Shown piece by piece: positions 53,557 to 63,522 of a stretch of DNA of 64,000 nt. Location of the stretch: assembly GCA_963747235.1 (NCBI GenBank), contig CAVVEU010000024.1, positions 704,001-768,000 on the forward strand. The letters run 5' to 3'. The notes beneath the pieces are model-generated. The model was given only the letters and a program-made list of their open reading frames with translations, did no database searches and was not told where the DNA came from. The position numbers were made by a program, and so were the translations under genes. The DNA comes from an uncultured Candidatus Rokubacteria bacterium. Lineage in GTDB: Bacteria > Methylomirabilota > Methylomirabilia > Rokubacteriales > CSP1-6. Numbering within the stretch: position 1 is the stretch's first letter; every line of letters starts with the position of its first letter.

Positions 53557-55113
53557 ATGCGCCGTCAGCTCGGAGCCCGCATCGCCCTCGTCGTGGTCGT
53601 CATCGCGGTGTCGGTCTGGTACCTGTACCCGCCCGCCAAGACCATCAATCTAGGCCTCGACCTCCAGGGGGGCATCCATCTCGTCCTCGGCGTGGACGTG
53701 GACAAGGCCATCGAGGCGCAGGTCGAGCGGGCGGGGGACACCGCGAAGGCCGAGCTGGAGAAGCGCGGGATCGGGGTCACCCGGATCGAGCGGCGAGGCA
53801 CCAGCGAGCTCGTCCTCCAGCTCGGCTCCCCGCAGAGCTGGGACGCGGCGGTGAAGACGACCGACGAGGTCCTGGCCACCTTCGACCGGAAGGAAGCCGA
53901 TCAGGCCGCGGGCCGCATGGGGCTGGCGCTCAAGGCGAGCGAGGCCAAGCACATCCGCGAGCTGGCGGTGCGCCAGGGGCTCGAGACCATCCGCAACCGC
54001 ATCGATCAGTTCGGCGTCGCCGAGCCGTCTATCCAGCAGCAGGGTGAGAACCGCATCCTCGTGCAGCTCCCGGGCGTGCAGGATCCAGGGCGGGCCAAGG
54101 CCCTCATCGGCAAGACCGCGCTGCTCGAGTTCAAGATGGTGGACGAGCGCACCGACGCGGAGACCGCGCTGCGGACCGGGCCGCCGCCGGGCACCGAGGT
54201 CCTCTACCAGCGCCGGGTGGACAAGCAGACCCGCGAGGAGAAGAAGGTGCCGTTCCTCGTCCAGAAGAAGGCGGCGATCACCGGGCGCGATGTGACCACC
54301 GCGCGCGTCTCCATCGACCAGAACACGAGCGAGCCCTACGTCTCGGTGGACTTCAACGCCTCCGGCGCCCGCGCCTTCTCGGAGCTGACCGACGCCAACG
54401 TGGGCAAGCGCCTCGCGATCGTGCTCGACGGCAACGTCCACTCGGCCCCGCAGATCCGCGAGCGCATTCCCTCCGGACGGGCCCAGATCACGGGCGGCTT
54501 CTCCACGGACGAGGCCACCGACCTCGCCATCGTGCTGCGGGCGGGCGCGCTGCCCGCGCCGGTCCAGGTGCTCGAGGAGCGGACGGTCGGGCCCTCGCTG
54601 GGCGCCGACTCCATCCGCCAGGGCATGATCGCCATCTTCGCCTCCACCGCGCTGGTGTTCCTGTTCATGCTGATCTACTACCGCCTGTCCGGGGTCATCG
54701 CGGACGTGGCGCTGGGCCTCAACCTGCTGCTGCTGATGGCGACGATGGCGGGCTTCCACGCCACCCTGACCCTGCCCGGCATCGCGGGCATCGCGCTCAC
54801 CATCGGCATGGCGGTGGACACGAACATCCTGATCTTCGAGCGCATCCGGGAGGAGCTGCGGGCCGGCAAGACGGTGCGCGGGGCCATCGACGCGGGCTTC
54901 TCGCGCGCGTTCAAGACGGTCATCGACACCCACGTGACCGTGCTCGTGTCGGGCCTCATCCTCTTCCAGTTCGGGACCGGGCCGGTCAAGGGCTTCGCGG
55001 TGACCCTGATGATCGGCATCGCGGTCAGCCTGTTCACCGCCGTCTTCTTCACCCGGCTGCTCTTCGACCTGATCTACATGGGCCAGCGCAAGCGGGAGAC
55101 GCTGTCCATATGA
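53557..55113 (+). CDS. secD: Protein translocase subunit SecD
   Basis: LGLDLQGG, RNRIDQFGVAEP, LRAGALPAP, GMAVDTNILIFERI. Confidence 0.96.
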   Translation: MRRQLGARIALVVVVIAVSVWYLYPPAKTINLGLDLQGGIHLVLGVDVDKAIEAQVERAGDTAKAELEKRGIGVTRIERRGTSELVLQLGSPQSWDAAVKTTDEVLATFDRKEADQAAGRMGLALKASEAKHIRELAVRQGLETIRNRIDQFGVAEPSIQQQGENRILVQLPGVQDPGRAKALIGKTALLEFKMVDERTDAETALRTGPPPGTEVLYQRRVDKQTREEKKVPFLVQKKAAITGRDVTTARVSIDQNTSEPYVSVDFNASGARAFSELTDANVGKRLAIVLDGNVHSAPQIRERIPSGRAQITGGFSTDEATDLAIVLRAGALPAPVQVLEERTVGPSLGADSIRQGMIAIFASTALVFLFMLIYYRLSGVIADVALGLNLLLLMATMAGFHATLTLPGIAGIALTIGMAVDTNILIFERIREELRAGKTVRGAIDAGFSRAFKTVIDTHVTVLVSGLILFQFGTGPVKGFAVTLMIGIAVSLFTAVFFTRLLFDLIYMGQRKRETLSI

Positions 55114-56045
55114 TCGCGCTGTTCCGGGACTCCAACTTCGACTTCGTCGGCCGGCGGCGCTGGGCCTACGTCATCTCGATCCTCTTCATCCTGGCCGGGC
55201 TCGGCTCCATGGTGGCCAAGGGCGGCCTGCGCTACGGGATCGACTTCTCCGGCGGCACCCTGATCCAGGTGCGGTTCGAGAAGGCGGTCGCGGTGGACCG
55301 CATCCGGCACGCGCTCGAGACCGTGCAGATGGGCGAGAGCGTCATCCAGGAGTTCGGGGACACCCGCGAGTACCTGCTCCGCCTCCCCCTGGCCGCGCTC
55401 TCCTCCGAGGAGGTGACGCGGCGCACCCAGGAGGCCCTCTCCAAGGACCCCGAGCTGGGCAAGCACGAGGTCCGGCGGGTGGAGTTCGTGGGGCCCCAGG
55501 TGGGCAAGGACCTCCAGGTCCAGGCCATCTATGCGGTGCTCTGGAGCATGGCGGGCATCCTGGCCTATATCGCGATCCGGTTCGATCTGATGGGCGGGCT
55601 GGCCTCCGTGGCCGCCATCATCCACGACGTGCTGATCTGCCTGTCGGCCATGTCGCTGACCAACCGGGAGATGTCCCTCGCCATCCTGGCCGCCCTGCTC
55701 ACGATCATCGGCTACTCGGTCAACGACACCATCGTGGCCTATGACCGGGTGCGTGAGAACCGGGCCAAGAAGCGCCGGGGTGAGACCTTCGCGACCCAGA
55801 TCAACAACGCCATCAACCAGACCCTCTCCCGGACCGTCCTGACCGCCGTGACCGTCTTCTTCAGCACCGCCGTCCTGTACGTCTTCGGGGGCAAGGTCCT
55901 GGAGGACATGGCCTTCGTGCTCACCGTCGGGGTCGTCACGGGCACCTTCTCGACGATCTACATCGCGGCATCGCTGATCGTGGACTGGTCGAACTGGCGG
56001 GAGCGCGGGGTCGCCAAGAGGAAAAAAGCCGTAGCAAAAGCCTGA
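55110..56045 (+). CDS. secF: Protein translocase subunit SecF
   Basis: GIDFSGG, VGPQVG, HDV, GYSVNDTIVAYDRVRE. Confidence 0.96.
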   Translation: MIALFRDSNFDFVGRRRWAYVISILFILAGLGSMVAKGGLRYGIDFSGGTLIQVRFEKAVAVDRIRHALETVQMGESVIQEFGDTREYLLRLPLAALSSEEVTRRTQEALSKDPELGKHEVRRVEFVGPQVGKDLQVQAIYAVLWSMAGILAYIAIRFDLMGGLASVAAIIHDVLICLSAMSLTNREMSLAILAALLTIIGYSVNDTIVAYDRVRENRAKKRRGETFATQINNAINQTLSRTVLTAVTVFFSTAVLYVFGGKVLEDMAFVLTVGVVTGTFSTIYIAASLIVDWSNWRERGVAKRKKAVAKA

Positions 56046-56087
56046 TTTTAGTGGCAAAATTGGTGGTCAACCTGGGGAGGGTAACGG

Positions 56088-58238
56088 TTGACCCAACTGC
56101 AGACGTTGATCGAGGAGATCCCCAAGTACCAGCCTGCCGCCAATCTGGATCTCCTGGAGCGCGCCTACCGATTCTCTGAACGCTCCCACCTGGGCCAGCA
56201 GCGCGCCTCCGGCGAGCCCTATCTCTCCCACCCCCTCGAGGTCGCCGGCCTCCTCGTCAACTTCAAGATGGACGTGACCACGGTCACGGCCGGCCTCCTT
56301 CACGACGTCCTGGAAGACACCAAGGCCACCAAGGGGGACCTCCAGCGCGAGTTCGGTACCGAGATCGCCGACCTGGTGGATGGGGTGACCAAGATCGGCA
56401 AGCTGGCCTTCTCCTCCCGGGAAGAGCGCCAGGCCGAGAACTTCCGCAAGATGCTGGTGGCCATGGCGCGCGACCTCCGCGTGCTCATGATCAAGCTGGC
56501 CGACCGGTTGCACAACATGCGGACGCTGCAGTACCTGCCCACGGACAAGGCCCGGAAGATCGCCCAGGAGACCCTCGACATCTACGCCCCCCTGGCCCAC
56601 CGGCTCGGGATGGCCAAGGTCAAGGCGGAGCTGGAGGACCTGGCCCTCCGGGTCCTGCAGCCGGACGACTACCAGGAGCTGATGCGGCGCGTCGCCAAGC
56701 GGCGGCTCGAGCGCGAGGCGGAGATCAACCACCTGATCACGCTGCTCCACGAGAAGCTGGGCGAGGTGGGGATCGGGTCCAAGATCGCGGGCCGTCCGAA
56801 GCACTTCTACTCGATCTGGAAAAAGATGCACGAGGGCGGGCGCGAGTTCGACGAGATCTACGACCTCACCGCGGTCCGCGTCCTGACCAACACCGTCCGC
56901 GACTGCTACGGCGCCCTGGGGGTCGTGCACTCGCTGTGGAAGCCGGTGCCCGGCCGCTTCAAGGACTTCATCGCGATGCCCAAGGTCAACATGTACCAGT
57001 CGCTGCACACGACGGTCATCGGCCCCAAGGGCGACCCGGTGGAGATCCAGATCCGCACCGGGGAGATGCACCGGATCGCCGAGGAAGGCATCGCGGCCCA
57101 CTGGCTCTACAAGGAGAAGCGGAGCGACCGCGACAAGTTCGACGACGCCTTCACCTGGCTGCGCCAGCTCCTGGAGTCGCAGAACGAGACGAGCGACCCC
57201 AAGGAGTTCCTCGACAGCGTCCGCCTCGACCTGTTCCCGGACGAGGTGTATGTCTTCACCCCGCGCGGGGACGTGAAGGCGCTGCCGGAGGGGGCGACGC
57301 CGGTGGACTTCGCCTACACCGTGCACACCGACGTCGGCCACCACTGCGTCGGCGCCAAGGTGAACGGCAAGCTGGTCCCGCTCCGCTACACGCTCCACCA
57401 GGGCGACATCGTCGAGATCGTGACGTCGCCCACCCAGCATCCGAGCCGCGACTGGCTCAAGATCGTCAAGTCGAACCGCGCCCGCGCCAAGATCAACCAG
57501 TGGCTGAAGATCGAGGAGCGCGCTCGTTCGCTCACCCTCGGCCGGGAGTTCTTCGACCGTGAGGCGCGGAAGTACCGGCTGGCGCCCGCCACCCTGCTCG
57601 CTTCCGACGAGATGAAGAAGCTCATCGTCGAGCTGGGGTTCCCGACGGTGGACGACCTGCTGGCCTCGATCGGCTACGGGAAGACCTCGATCCAGCAGGT
57701 GCTGGGCCGGGTGGCTCCGTCTCCGCCCGCCGACAGCGAGGCCCCCGCCGAGACCAAGCCGGCCCGCCCGGCCCGACGGGCCGACGGCCCCGCGGTCCGG
57801 ATCCGGGGCGTGGACGACCTGCTCGTCCGCTTCGGGAAGTGCTGCTCCCCGGTGCCCGGCGACGGCATCGTGGGCTTCATCACGCGGGGGCGCGGCCTGA
57901 CCGTCCACGCCCGCGACTGCCTCACGGTGGTCAAGAATGTGCTGGAGAAGGAGCGGCTGGTGGCGGTGGAGTGGGAGGCGGGGGAGCCGACCAAGCGGCC
58001 GGTGCGGATCGCGGTCTACATCGGGCGGGACCGCCCGGGCTTGCTGGCCGAGATCACCAGCGCCATCTCCTCGCGCCAGGGCAACATCATCAAGGCCGAG
58101 ATCACCGTGACCGAGGATCGCAAGGGCCTCAACCACTTCGTGGTGGAGGTGGACGACCTGCGCCAGCTCCAGGACATCATGCAGGCCATCCGCGAGGTGA
58201 AGGACATCGCCAACGTCGAGCGGGTCCGAGGGGTCTAG
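56088..58238 (+). CDS. relA: Bifunctional (p)ppGpp synthetase/hydrolase (long RSH)
   Basis: HD domain (LLHDVLED), synthetase (YQSLHT, EIQIRT), TGS and ACT domains. Confidence 0.94.
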   Translation: MTQLQTLIEEIPKYQPAANLDLLERAYRFSERSHLGQQRASGEPYLSHPLEVAGLLVNFKMDVTTVTAGLLHDVLEDTKATKGDLQREFGTEIADLVDGVTKIGKLAFSSREERQAENFRKMLVAMARDLRVLMIKLADRLHNMRTLQYLPTDKARKIAQETLDIYAPLAHRLGMAKVKAELEDLALRVLQPDDYQELMRRVAKRRLEREAEINHLITLLHEKLGEVGIGSKIAGRPKHFYSIWKKMHEGGREFDEIYDLTAVRVLTNTVRDCYGALGVVHSLWKPVPGRFKDFIAMPKVNMYQSLHTTVIGPKGDPVEIQIRTGEMHRIAEEGIAAHWLYKEKRSDRDKFDDAFTWLRQLLESQNETSDPKEFLDSVRLDLFPDEVYVFTPRGDVKALPEGATPVDFAYTVHTDVGHHCVGAKVNGKLVPLRYTLHQGDIVEIVTSPTQHPSRDWLKIVKSNRARAKINQWLKIEERARSLTLGREFFDREARKYRLAPATLLASDEMKKLIVELGFPTVDDLLASIGYGKTSIQQVLGRVAPSPPADSEAPAETKPARPARRADGPAVRIRGVDDLLVRFGKCCSPVPGDGIVGFITRGRGLTVHARDCLTVVKNVLEKERLVAVEWEAGEPTKRPVRIAVYIGRDRPGLLAEITSAISSRQGNIIKAEITVTEDRKGLNHFVVEVDDLRQLQDIMQAIREVKDIANVERVRGV

Positions 58239-58258
58239 CACCCCGAGCAGTCGCCCAG

Positions 58259-58627
58259 ATGACCCGCCGGCAGTTCGAAGCGCTCGTCGATTCCGCCCTC
58301 CGCAAGCTGCCCCGCGCCTTCCGCGACAAGCTGGCCAATATCGCCGTCGTGGTCGAGGACTGGGCCGACGACGAGACGCTCGCCGAGATGGGCATCGAGC
58401 CCCCGGACACCCTCTACGGGCTCTACCGGGGCATCGACATCACGCGCCGGGACTCCTCCTACGGCAATGTCCTGCCCGACACCATCCACATCTACCAGGG
58501 GCCCATCGAAGAGGACTGCGAGGATCCGGAGGAAATGGCTGATCTCGTCCGTGACGTCGTGGTCCACGAGGTCGGCCACTACTTCGGGCTCGACGACGAG
58601 ACCATGGATGGAATCGAAGGGCATTGA
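58259..58627 (+). CDS. Zincin-like metallopeptidase family protein
   Basis: LYGLYRG, LPDTIHIYQGPI, HEVGHYFG (HEXXH). Confidence 0.88.
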   Translation: MTRRQFEALVDSALRKLPRAFRDKLANIAVVVEDWADDETLAEMGIEPPDTLYGLYRGIDITRRDSSYGNVLPDTIHIYQGPIEEDCEDPEEMADLVRDVVVHEVGHYFGLDDETMDGIEGH

Positions 58628-58634
58628 ATTTTGC

Positions 58635-58680
58635 TTGACAGGATTTTCATTTGTTCATATGGTTTCAGCATACGCTGAAA
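58635..58680 (+). promoter_or_regulatory. Sigma70 promoter with downstream inverted repeat (candidate operator)
   Basis: TTGACA-17-TATGGT, then TTTCAGC-ATAC-GCTGAAA over the predicted start site. Confidence 0.65.
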
Positions 58681-58712
58681 ATGACGGAACAAGTGAAAGT
58701 GGACGTGAAGGA

Positions 58713-59759
58713 ATGGCGAAAGCAGACGATATCAAGACCCTGGCAGCGCAGCGGGTGCGCGAACTGATGTCAAAAGCCAGCGGGTGGGAGCAATCTGTCG
58801 ACGTGAAGATAGGCGGTCAAACCGCTGATCTGGTTATGAAATTCAAGATGGGCGGTACGCCCCACACCCTCGCAATTGGTGTCACTTCGCTCGGCCAGCC
58901 CCGGCAGATCCGCGAGGCCGTGACCAGGCTGTTGGAGATCCGCAAGGACATGCCGGAAGCGTATCCGGTGGCGGTGTCCCCGTACATCAGCCCCCAGAGC
59001 GCCTCCCTCATCAAGCGGAGCGGGCTGGGGTATCTGGACCTGTCCGGCAATTGCTACCTGAGCTTCGAGAACGTGCTGATCGAGAAAGAGGGCAAGCCGA
59101 ACCTCCGGCCCTCCAACCGGCCCCTGAAGTCCCTGTTCGCCCCCCGGGCCACCCGGGTCGTCAGGGTGATGCTGGTAGACCCCCAGCATGCCTGGCGGCT
59201 CGAAGAGCTGGCCAAGGCCGCGGACGTGAGCCTGGGCCATGCCCACAACGTGGTGAAGCGGCTGGAGGAGCTGTCCTGGGTGGAGCGGAATGGCCAGCAG
59301 CGCATCCAGGTCACCCGGGCGGGGGAGCTGCTGGACGCCTGGGTGGAGGCCTATTCGTATCGGCAGAACGACGTCCAGGCCTACTTCTCCCCGGAGCGGA
59401 TCACCCGCGGGCTGGTGGCGGAGCTGGGTCGGGCGGCCCACGAGGCACACCGGCGGTACGCGTTCACGCTCCATTCGGGCGCCGCGCTGGTGGCCCCGAA
59501 CGTCCGCTTCCCGGCCATTCACTGCTATCTCGAGGGCGACCCCGAGCCGGTGGCCCGGACGCTGGGGCTACGGCCGGGCGAGGGGGAGGGGAACGTCTAC
59601 CTGCTCTCCCCGTACGACCAGGGCGTCTTCTACGCCCCGCTGGCGAAGGGGGGGCTCCCGGTCGTCTGCCTGCCCCAGCTCTACGCCGACCTCTATCACT
59701 ACGAGCGCCGGGGGCGGGATCAGGCCGCCCATCTGCGGCGCGAAGCGATGGGTTACTGA
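58713..59759 (+). CDS. AbiEi-type (type IV TA antitoxin family) winged-HTH protein, no toxin partner adjacent
   Basis: PYISP...GYLDLSGNCYL, SLFAPRATRVVR.L, ELAKAADVSLG wHTH, LLDAW, YAFT..SGA, GNV, QLYADL...RG.DQA motifs typical of AbiEi_2-like proteins (family assigned from memory). Confidence 0.7.
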   Translation: MAKADDIKTLAAQRVRELMSKASGWEQSVDVKIGGQTADLVMKFKMGGTPHTLAIGVTSLGQPRQIREAVTRLLEIRKDMPEAYPVAVSPYISPQSASLIKRSGLGYLDLSGNCYLSFENVLIEKEGKPNLRPSNRPLKSLFAPRATRVVRVMLVDPQHAWRLEELAKAADVSLGHAHNVVKRLEELSWVERNGQQRIQVTRAGELLDAWVEAYSYRQNDVQAYFSPERITRGLVAELGRAAHEAHRRYAFTLHSGAALVAPNVRFPAIHCYLEGDPEPVARTLGLRPGEGEGNVYLLSPYDQGVFYAPLAKGGLPVVCLPQLYADLYHYERRGRDQAAHLRREAMGY

Positions 59760-59789
59760 GTCTCCGACCGGAGGGAGGTGAGACCTCAC

Positions 59790-59861
59790 ATGCCGAAGCG
59801 CAAGAAGGCGGTCAAGAAGGGTGGCAAGAAGAAGGCCACCAAGAAGGGTAAGAGGAAGTAG
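59790..59861 (+). CDS. Lysine-rich microprotein 1 (23 aa, MPKRKKAVKKGGKKKATKKGKRK)
   Basis: Strong GGAGGTGA Shine-Dalgarno 8 nt before ATG; all 12 Lys encoded by AAG; TAG stop. Confidence 0.7.
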   Translation: MPKRKKAVKKGGKKKATKKGKRK

Positions 59862-59905
59862 CGAAGCGTGACGTCATTCCTCAACGAAAGGAGGTGACGA
59901 CCCTC

Positions 59906-59947
59906 ATGGCGAAGAAGAAGAAGGCGGCCAAGAAGAAGAAGAAGTAG
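59906..59947 (+). CDS. Lysine-rich microprotein 2 (13 aa, MAKKKKAAKKKKK)
   Basis: AAGGAGGTGA Shine-Dalgarno 8 nt before ATG; 9 AAG codons; TAG stop. Confidence 0.7.
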   Translation: MAKKKKAAKKKKK

Positions 59948-60020
59948 GTGTGCTGTAGTCGTGCGGTGGGGGGTGGCGGCCTCCCACCGGGACTCATTCT
60001 GAAGCTAAGCGTCAGAGTAC

Positions 60021-60056
60021 GGCGGGGGGTGGCGACACCCCCCGCCCTCTTTTTCT
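60021..60056 (+). terminator. Intrinsic terminator
   Basis: ggcggggggtg/caccccccgcc stem followed by ctctttttct; lies between the microproteins and convergent rpmB. Confidence 0.8.
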
Positions 60057-60062
60057 ACCGAG

Positions 60063-60254
60063 CTAGACGACCTTGACGACCTTGCCGGCCTTCAGGCAGC
60101 GCGTGCAGACGCGCATGCGCTGCACCCGGCCCTTGACCATGGCGCGCATCGAGACCAGATTCGGAAGCCACCGCCTCTTGGTCACGTTGTGGGCGTGGCT
60201 GATCTTGTGACCGACGGCCGGACCCTTCCCGCAGACATCACAGCTTCGAGCCAT
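60063..60254 (-). CDS. rpmB: 50S ribosomal protein L28 (zinc-binding type)
   Basis: [30 protein letters not shown]...VCTRCLKAG. Confidence 0.96.
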   Translation of the reverse strand: MARSCDVCGKGPAVGHKISHAHNVTKRRWLPNLVSMRAMVKGRVQRMRVCTRCLKAGKVVKVV

Positions 60255-60343
60255 GCTTGATCCCCTGCCGATCCCTAGATCTGAGTGTGGTTTGCTGGAT
60301 GCGGCGACCTTTTATAGCATGAGGGCTGGCATGAGGCAAACCG

Positions 60344-62491
60344 TTGGCCCCGAGTAAGCCGGCCGGCGCCCCGAGCAGCGCGGGGGCGCCCGCGACGCAT
60401 CCGCTTGCCACGCCGCTCCAGTTCCTCAAGGGCGTCGGGCCCGGGCGGGCCAAGCTCCTCGCCAACCTGGGCCTGCAGACCGTGGAGGACGCGCTCTATT
60501 ACCTCCCGGTCCGCCACGAGGACCGGAGCCAGCTCACCCCGCTCCGGAGCCTCAAGCCCGACGACGTGACCACGGTGACGGGGACCATCCGGGCGATCAG
60601 CCCGCCGCCCCGGAACCGTCCGCGGGTGCCGCTGTCGGTGCTGCTGAGCGACGGCACCGGCTTCCTCACCTGCGTCTGGTTCGGCCAGGCGTATCTCGAG
60701 CGGCTCTTCCAGCGCGGACAGCGTCTCATCGTCCACGGCAAGGCGCAGCGCTACCGCTCGGGGCCGCTGCAGATGAACGTGAAGGACTACGAGGTCGTCG
60801 AGGACGATCCGGCCGAGGGCGCGGGGGATCCGTCCGACGAGACGCTCCACACCGGCCGCCTGGTGCCGGTCTACGGGCTGACCCGCGGCCTCACCGCGCG
60901 GCCGATGCGCTCGCTGATGAAGCGCCTGGTGGACGGCTACGTGGACGGCCTGGATGATCCGCTGCCCGACGCGCTGCGGGCGAAGCACCGGCTCGTGCCG
61001 CTGCCCGAGGCCCTGCGCGCCGGCCACTTCCCGAAGGCGGACAGCGACTACGCGAGCGCGCGGCGGCGGCTGGTCTACGACGAGTTCCTGCTGCTCCAGC
61101 TCGGGCTCGCGATCCGCCGGCAGCGCCAGGGCCGCCAGCCCGGGCTCGCGATGAATCCGCCCGGCGCGCTCGCCCGGCGCCTCCTCGGCTCGCTCCCGTT
61201 CGCGCTGACGGAGGCGCAGGAGCGCGTGTGGCGCGAGATCCGGCAGGACATGGCCGAGCCCTACCCGATGAACCGGCTCATCCAGGGCGACGTGGGCTCG
61301 GGCAAGACGGTGGTGGCCGCCCTCGCGATCCTCACCGCGGTGGAGGCCGGCTACCAGGCCGCCCTCATGGCGCCGACCGAGATCCTGGCCGAGCAGCACC
61401 TCATGACGCTGACCCAGCTCCTCGGGCCGCTCGACGTGGAGGTGGCGCTCCTGACCAACGCGGTGAAGGGCAAGGCGCGCGAGCGGGTGCTCGCGGCCGC
61501 CGCGGCGGGCGAGATCCGCTGCATGATCGGCACGCACGCGCTGGTCCAGGACACCGTGAAGTTTCACCGGCTCGGCCTGGCCGTGGTCGACGAGCAGCAC
61601 CGGTTCGGCGTGCACCAGCGCGCGACGCTCAGGCGCAAGGGCGAGAGCCCGGACGTGCTGGTGATGACCGCCACCCCGATCCCGCGCACGCTCGCGCTGA
61701 CGCTGTACGGCGATCTCGAGGTCTCGGTGATCGACCAGCTCCCGCCCGGGCGCAAGCCGGTGCTCACGCGGGCGCGTCCCGGCTCGGCCCGCGGGAAGAT
61801 CTACCGGTTCCTGCGCGAGCAGGTGAACGACGGCCGCCAGGTCTACGTGGTCTGCCCGCTGGTGGAGGAGTCGGAGGCCCTCGATCTGCAGGCCGCGACC
61901 GAGATGGCGGAGCGCCTGCAGCGCGAGGTCTTCGCCGATCTCGCGATCGGCCTGCTGCACGGGCGCATGCCCTTCGCCGAGAAGGATCGCGTGATGCGCG
62001 AGTTCAAGGCGGGCGCGATCCACATCCTGGTGTCCACCACCGTGATCGAGGTCGGCATCGACGTGCCCAACGCCTCGGTGATGGTGGTGGAGCACGCCGA
62101 GCGCTTCGGCCTCTCCCAGCTCCACCAGCTCCGCGGGCGCGTCGGGCGCGGCCCGTGGAAGAGCTACTGCATCCTGCTCTCGGGCGCCTCGTCGGAGGAC
62201 GCCAAGCGGCGGCTCGAGGCGATGACCGCCACCAATGACGGCTTCAAGATCGCGGAGGCGGACCTGTCGCTCCGGGGGCCGGGCGATTTCTTCGGCACGC
62301 GCCAGTCGGGCCTGCCCGAGTTCCGCGTCGCCGATCTGCTCCGCGACGCGGCGGCGCTCGAAGCGGCGCGGCGCGACGCGGTGGCGCTGATCCGCGAGGA
62401 TCCCAATCTGCTCGCGCCGCCGCACCGGGCCCTGCGGGCCGCGCTGCTCCAGCGCTGGCGGGGCAAGCTCGACCTGGCCGGGGTCGGCTGA
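60344..62491 (+). CDS. recG: ATP-dependent DNA helicase RecG
   Basis: LKGVGP, QGDVGSGKT, MAPTEILAEQH, DEQHRFG, MTATPIPRTL, QLHQLRGRVGRG. Confidence 0.96.
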   Translation: MAPSKPAGAPSSAGAPATHPLATPLQFLKGVGPGRAKLLANLGLQTVEDALYYLPVRHEDRSQLTPLRSLKPDDVTTVTGTIRAISPPPRNRPRVPLSVLLSDGTGFLTCVWFGQAYLERLFQRGQRLIVHGKAQRYRSGPLQMNVKDYEVVEDDPAEGAGDPSDETLHTGRLVPVYGLTRGLTARPMRSLMKRLVDGYVDGLDDPLPDALRAKHRLVPLPEALRAGHFPKADSDYASARRRLVYDEFLLLQLGLAIRRQRQGRQPGLAMNPPGALARRLLGSLPFALTEAQERVWREIRQDMAEPYPMNRLIQGDVGSGKTVVAALAILTAVEAGYQAALMAPTEILAEQHLMTLTQLLGPLDVEVALLTNAVKGKARERVLAAAAAGEIRCMIGTHALVQDTVKFHRLGLAVVDEQHRFGVHQRATLRRKGESPDVLVMTATPIPRTLALTLYGDLEVSVIDQLPPGRKPVLTRARPGSARGKIYRFLREQVNDGRQVYVVCPLVEESEALDLQAATEMAERLQREVFADLAIGLLHGRMPFAEKDRVMREFKAGAIHILVSTTVIEVGIDVPNASVMVVEHAERFGLSQLHQLRGRVGRGPWKSYCILLSGASSEDAKRRLEAMTATNDGFKIAEADLSLRGPGDFFGTRQSGLPEFRVADLLRDAAALEAARRDAVALIREDPNLLAPPHRALRAALLQRWRGKLDLAGVG

Positions 62492-62934
62492 TGCGCGGCC
62501 ACGCGCGGTGGGCCCTGGTCGGCGCGCTCGTGCTGGGCGCGATGGGCGCGCCGCCCCCGGCGGCGAGCCAGAACAGCGTCGAGCTGGCCCGGGCCCGCCA
62601 GGCGCTCGAAGACTACTTCACGTGCGAGCGCACGCAGCGCTTCGCGCCGTGCTGGCCGCGCCTGTCGAAGCGGGTGCAGGCCGAGTGGGCCCGGCAGGGG
62701 CGGGGATCCGTCGCCGAGTACGCGGAGTCGCGGGCGGCCGCCGAGCCGCGGTACGCCGACTTCCGGGTGCAGCAGATCCGGCGCAGTCCGTCGCGCGTGG
62801 TGTTCCTGGTCGAGGCCACCCGAGCCGCGGAGCGAGACGGAGTGCCCGATCGCGTCGAGTACGCGGTGTTGCGCGAGGGCGAGCAGTGGAAGATCGACGG
62901 GCGGCGCGTGGGCCAGTCGGAGACGACGCCGTGA
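62491..62934 (+). CDS. Hypothetical exported protein
   Basis: Signal peptide, GC-typical codon use, start and stop overlap recG and rsmD; C-terminal LREGEQWKID resembles NTF2-like folds. Confidence 0.7.
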   Translation: MRGHARWALVGALVLGAMGAPPPAASQNSVELARARQALEDYFTCERTQRFAPCWPRLSKRVQAEWARQGRGSVAEYAESRAAAEPRYADFRVQQIRRSPSRVVFLVEATRAAERDGVPDRVEYAVLREGEQWKIDGRRVGQSETTP

Positions 62935-63488
62935 GGGTGCTCGCGGGCGCGCTCAAGGGCCAGCGGCTGACCACGCCGGGCGGCCGCACCACGCGGCCGA
63001 CCGCGGATCAGGTGCGCATCGCGTGCCTCGACACCCTGATGCCGTTCCTCGACGCGGGCCCCTTTCTCGATCTCTTCGCGGGCGCGGGCGGCGTCGGCAT
63101 CGAGGCGCTGTCCCGCGGGGCGCCGTCGGCGGTGTTCGTCGAGCAGGACGGCGCCGCGCTGCGCGCGCTGCGCGACAACATCGCGCGCCTGGGCCTGGCG
63201 GACCAGGCGCGCGTGATGCGGGCCGACGCCGCGCGCGCGGTCGGCGACCTGGAGGCGGAAGGTGAGCGCTTCGGCATCGTCTTCCTCGATCCGCCGTACG
63301 ATTCACCGCGCGCGGCCGCCGCGCTCGACGCGGTGGCGGCCGGGGGCGTGCTCGTCGCGGGCGCGGTGGTGGTGGTCCAGCACGGCACCAAGACGCCGCC
63401 GGCCGCCGCGACGGGCGCCCTCACGCTCTGGAAGGCGCGCCGGTTCGGGGAGACGACCTTGACTTTCTTTCGCCGACGCGTAGACTGA
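62931..63488 (+). CDS. rsmD: 16S rRNA m2G966 methyltransferase
   Basis: MRVLAG.LKGQRL, TRPT, LDLFAGAGGVGIEALSRGA, FLDPPY. Confidence 0.93.
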   Translation: MRVLAGALKGQRLTTPGGRTTRPTADQVRIACLDTLMPFLDAGPFLDLFAGAGGVGIEALSRGAPSAVFVEQDGAALRALRDNIARLGLADQARVMRADAARAVGDLEAEGERFGIVFLDPPYDSPRAAAALDAVAAGGVLVAGAVVVVQHGTKTPPAAATGALTLWKARRFGETTLTFFRRRVD

Positions 63489-63522
63489 GCAGCGTTTTCA
63501 GGCATTTCCAACGGGGGCGAGC

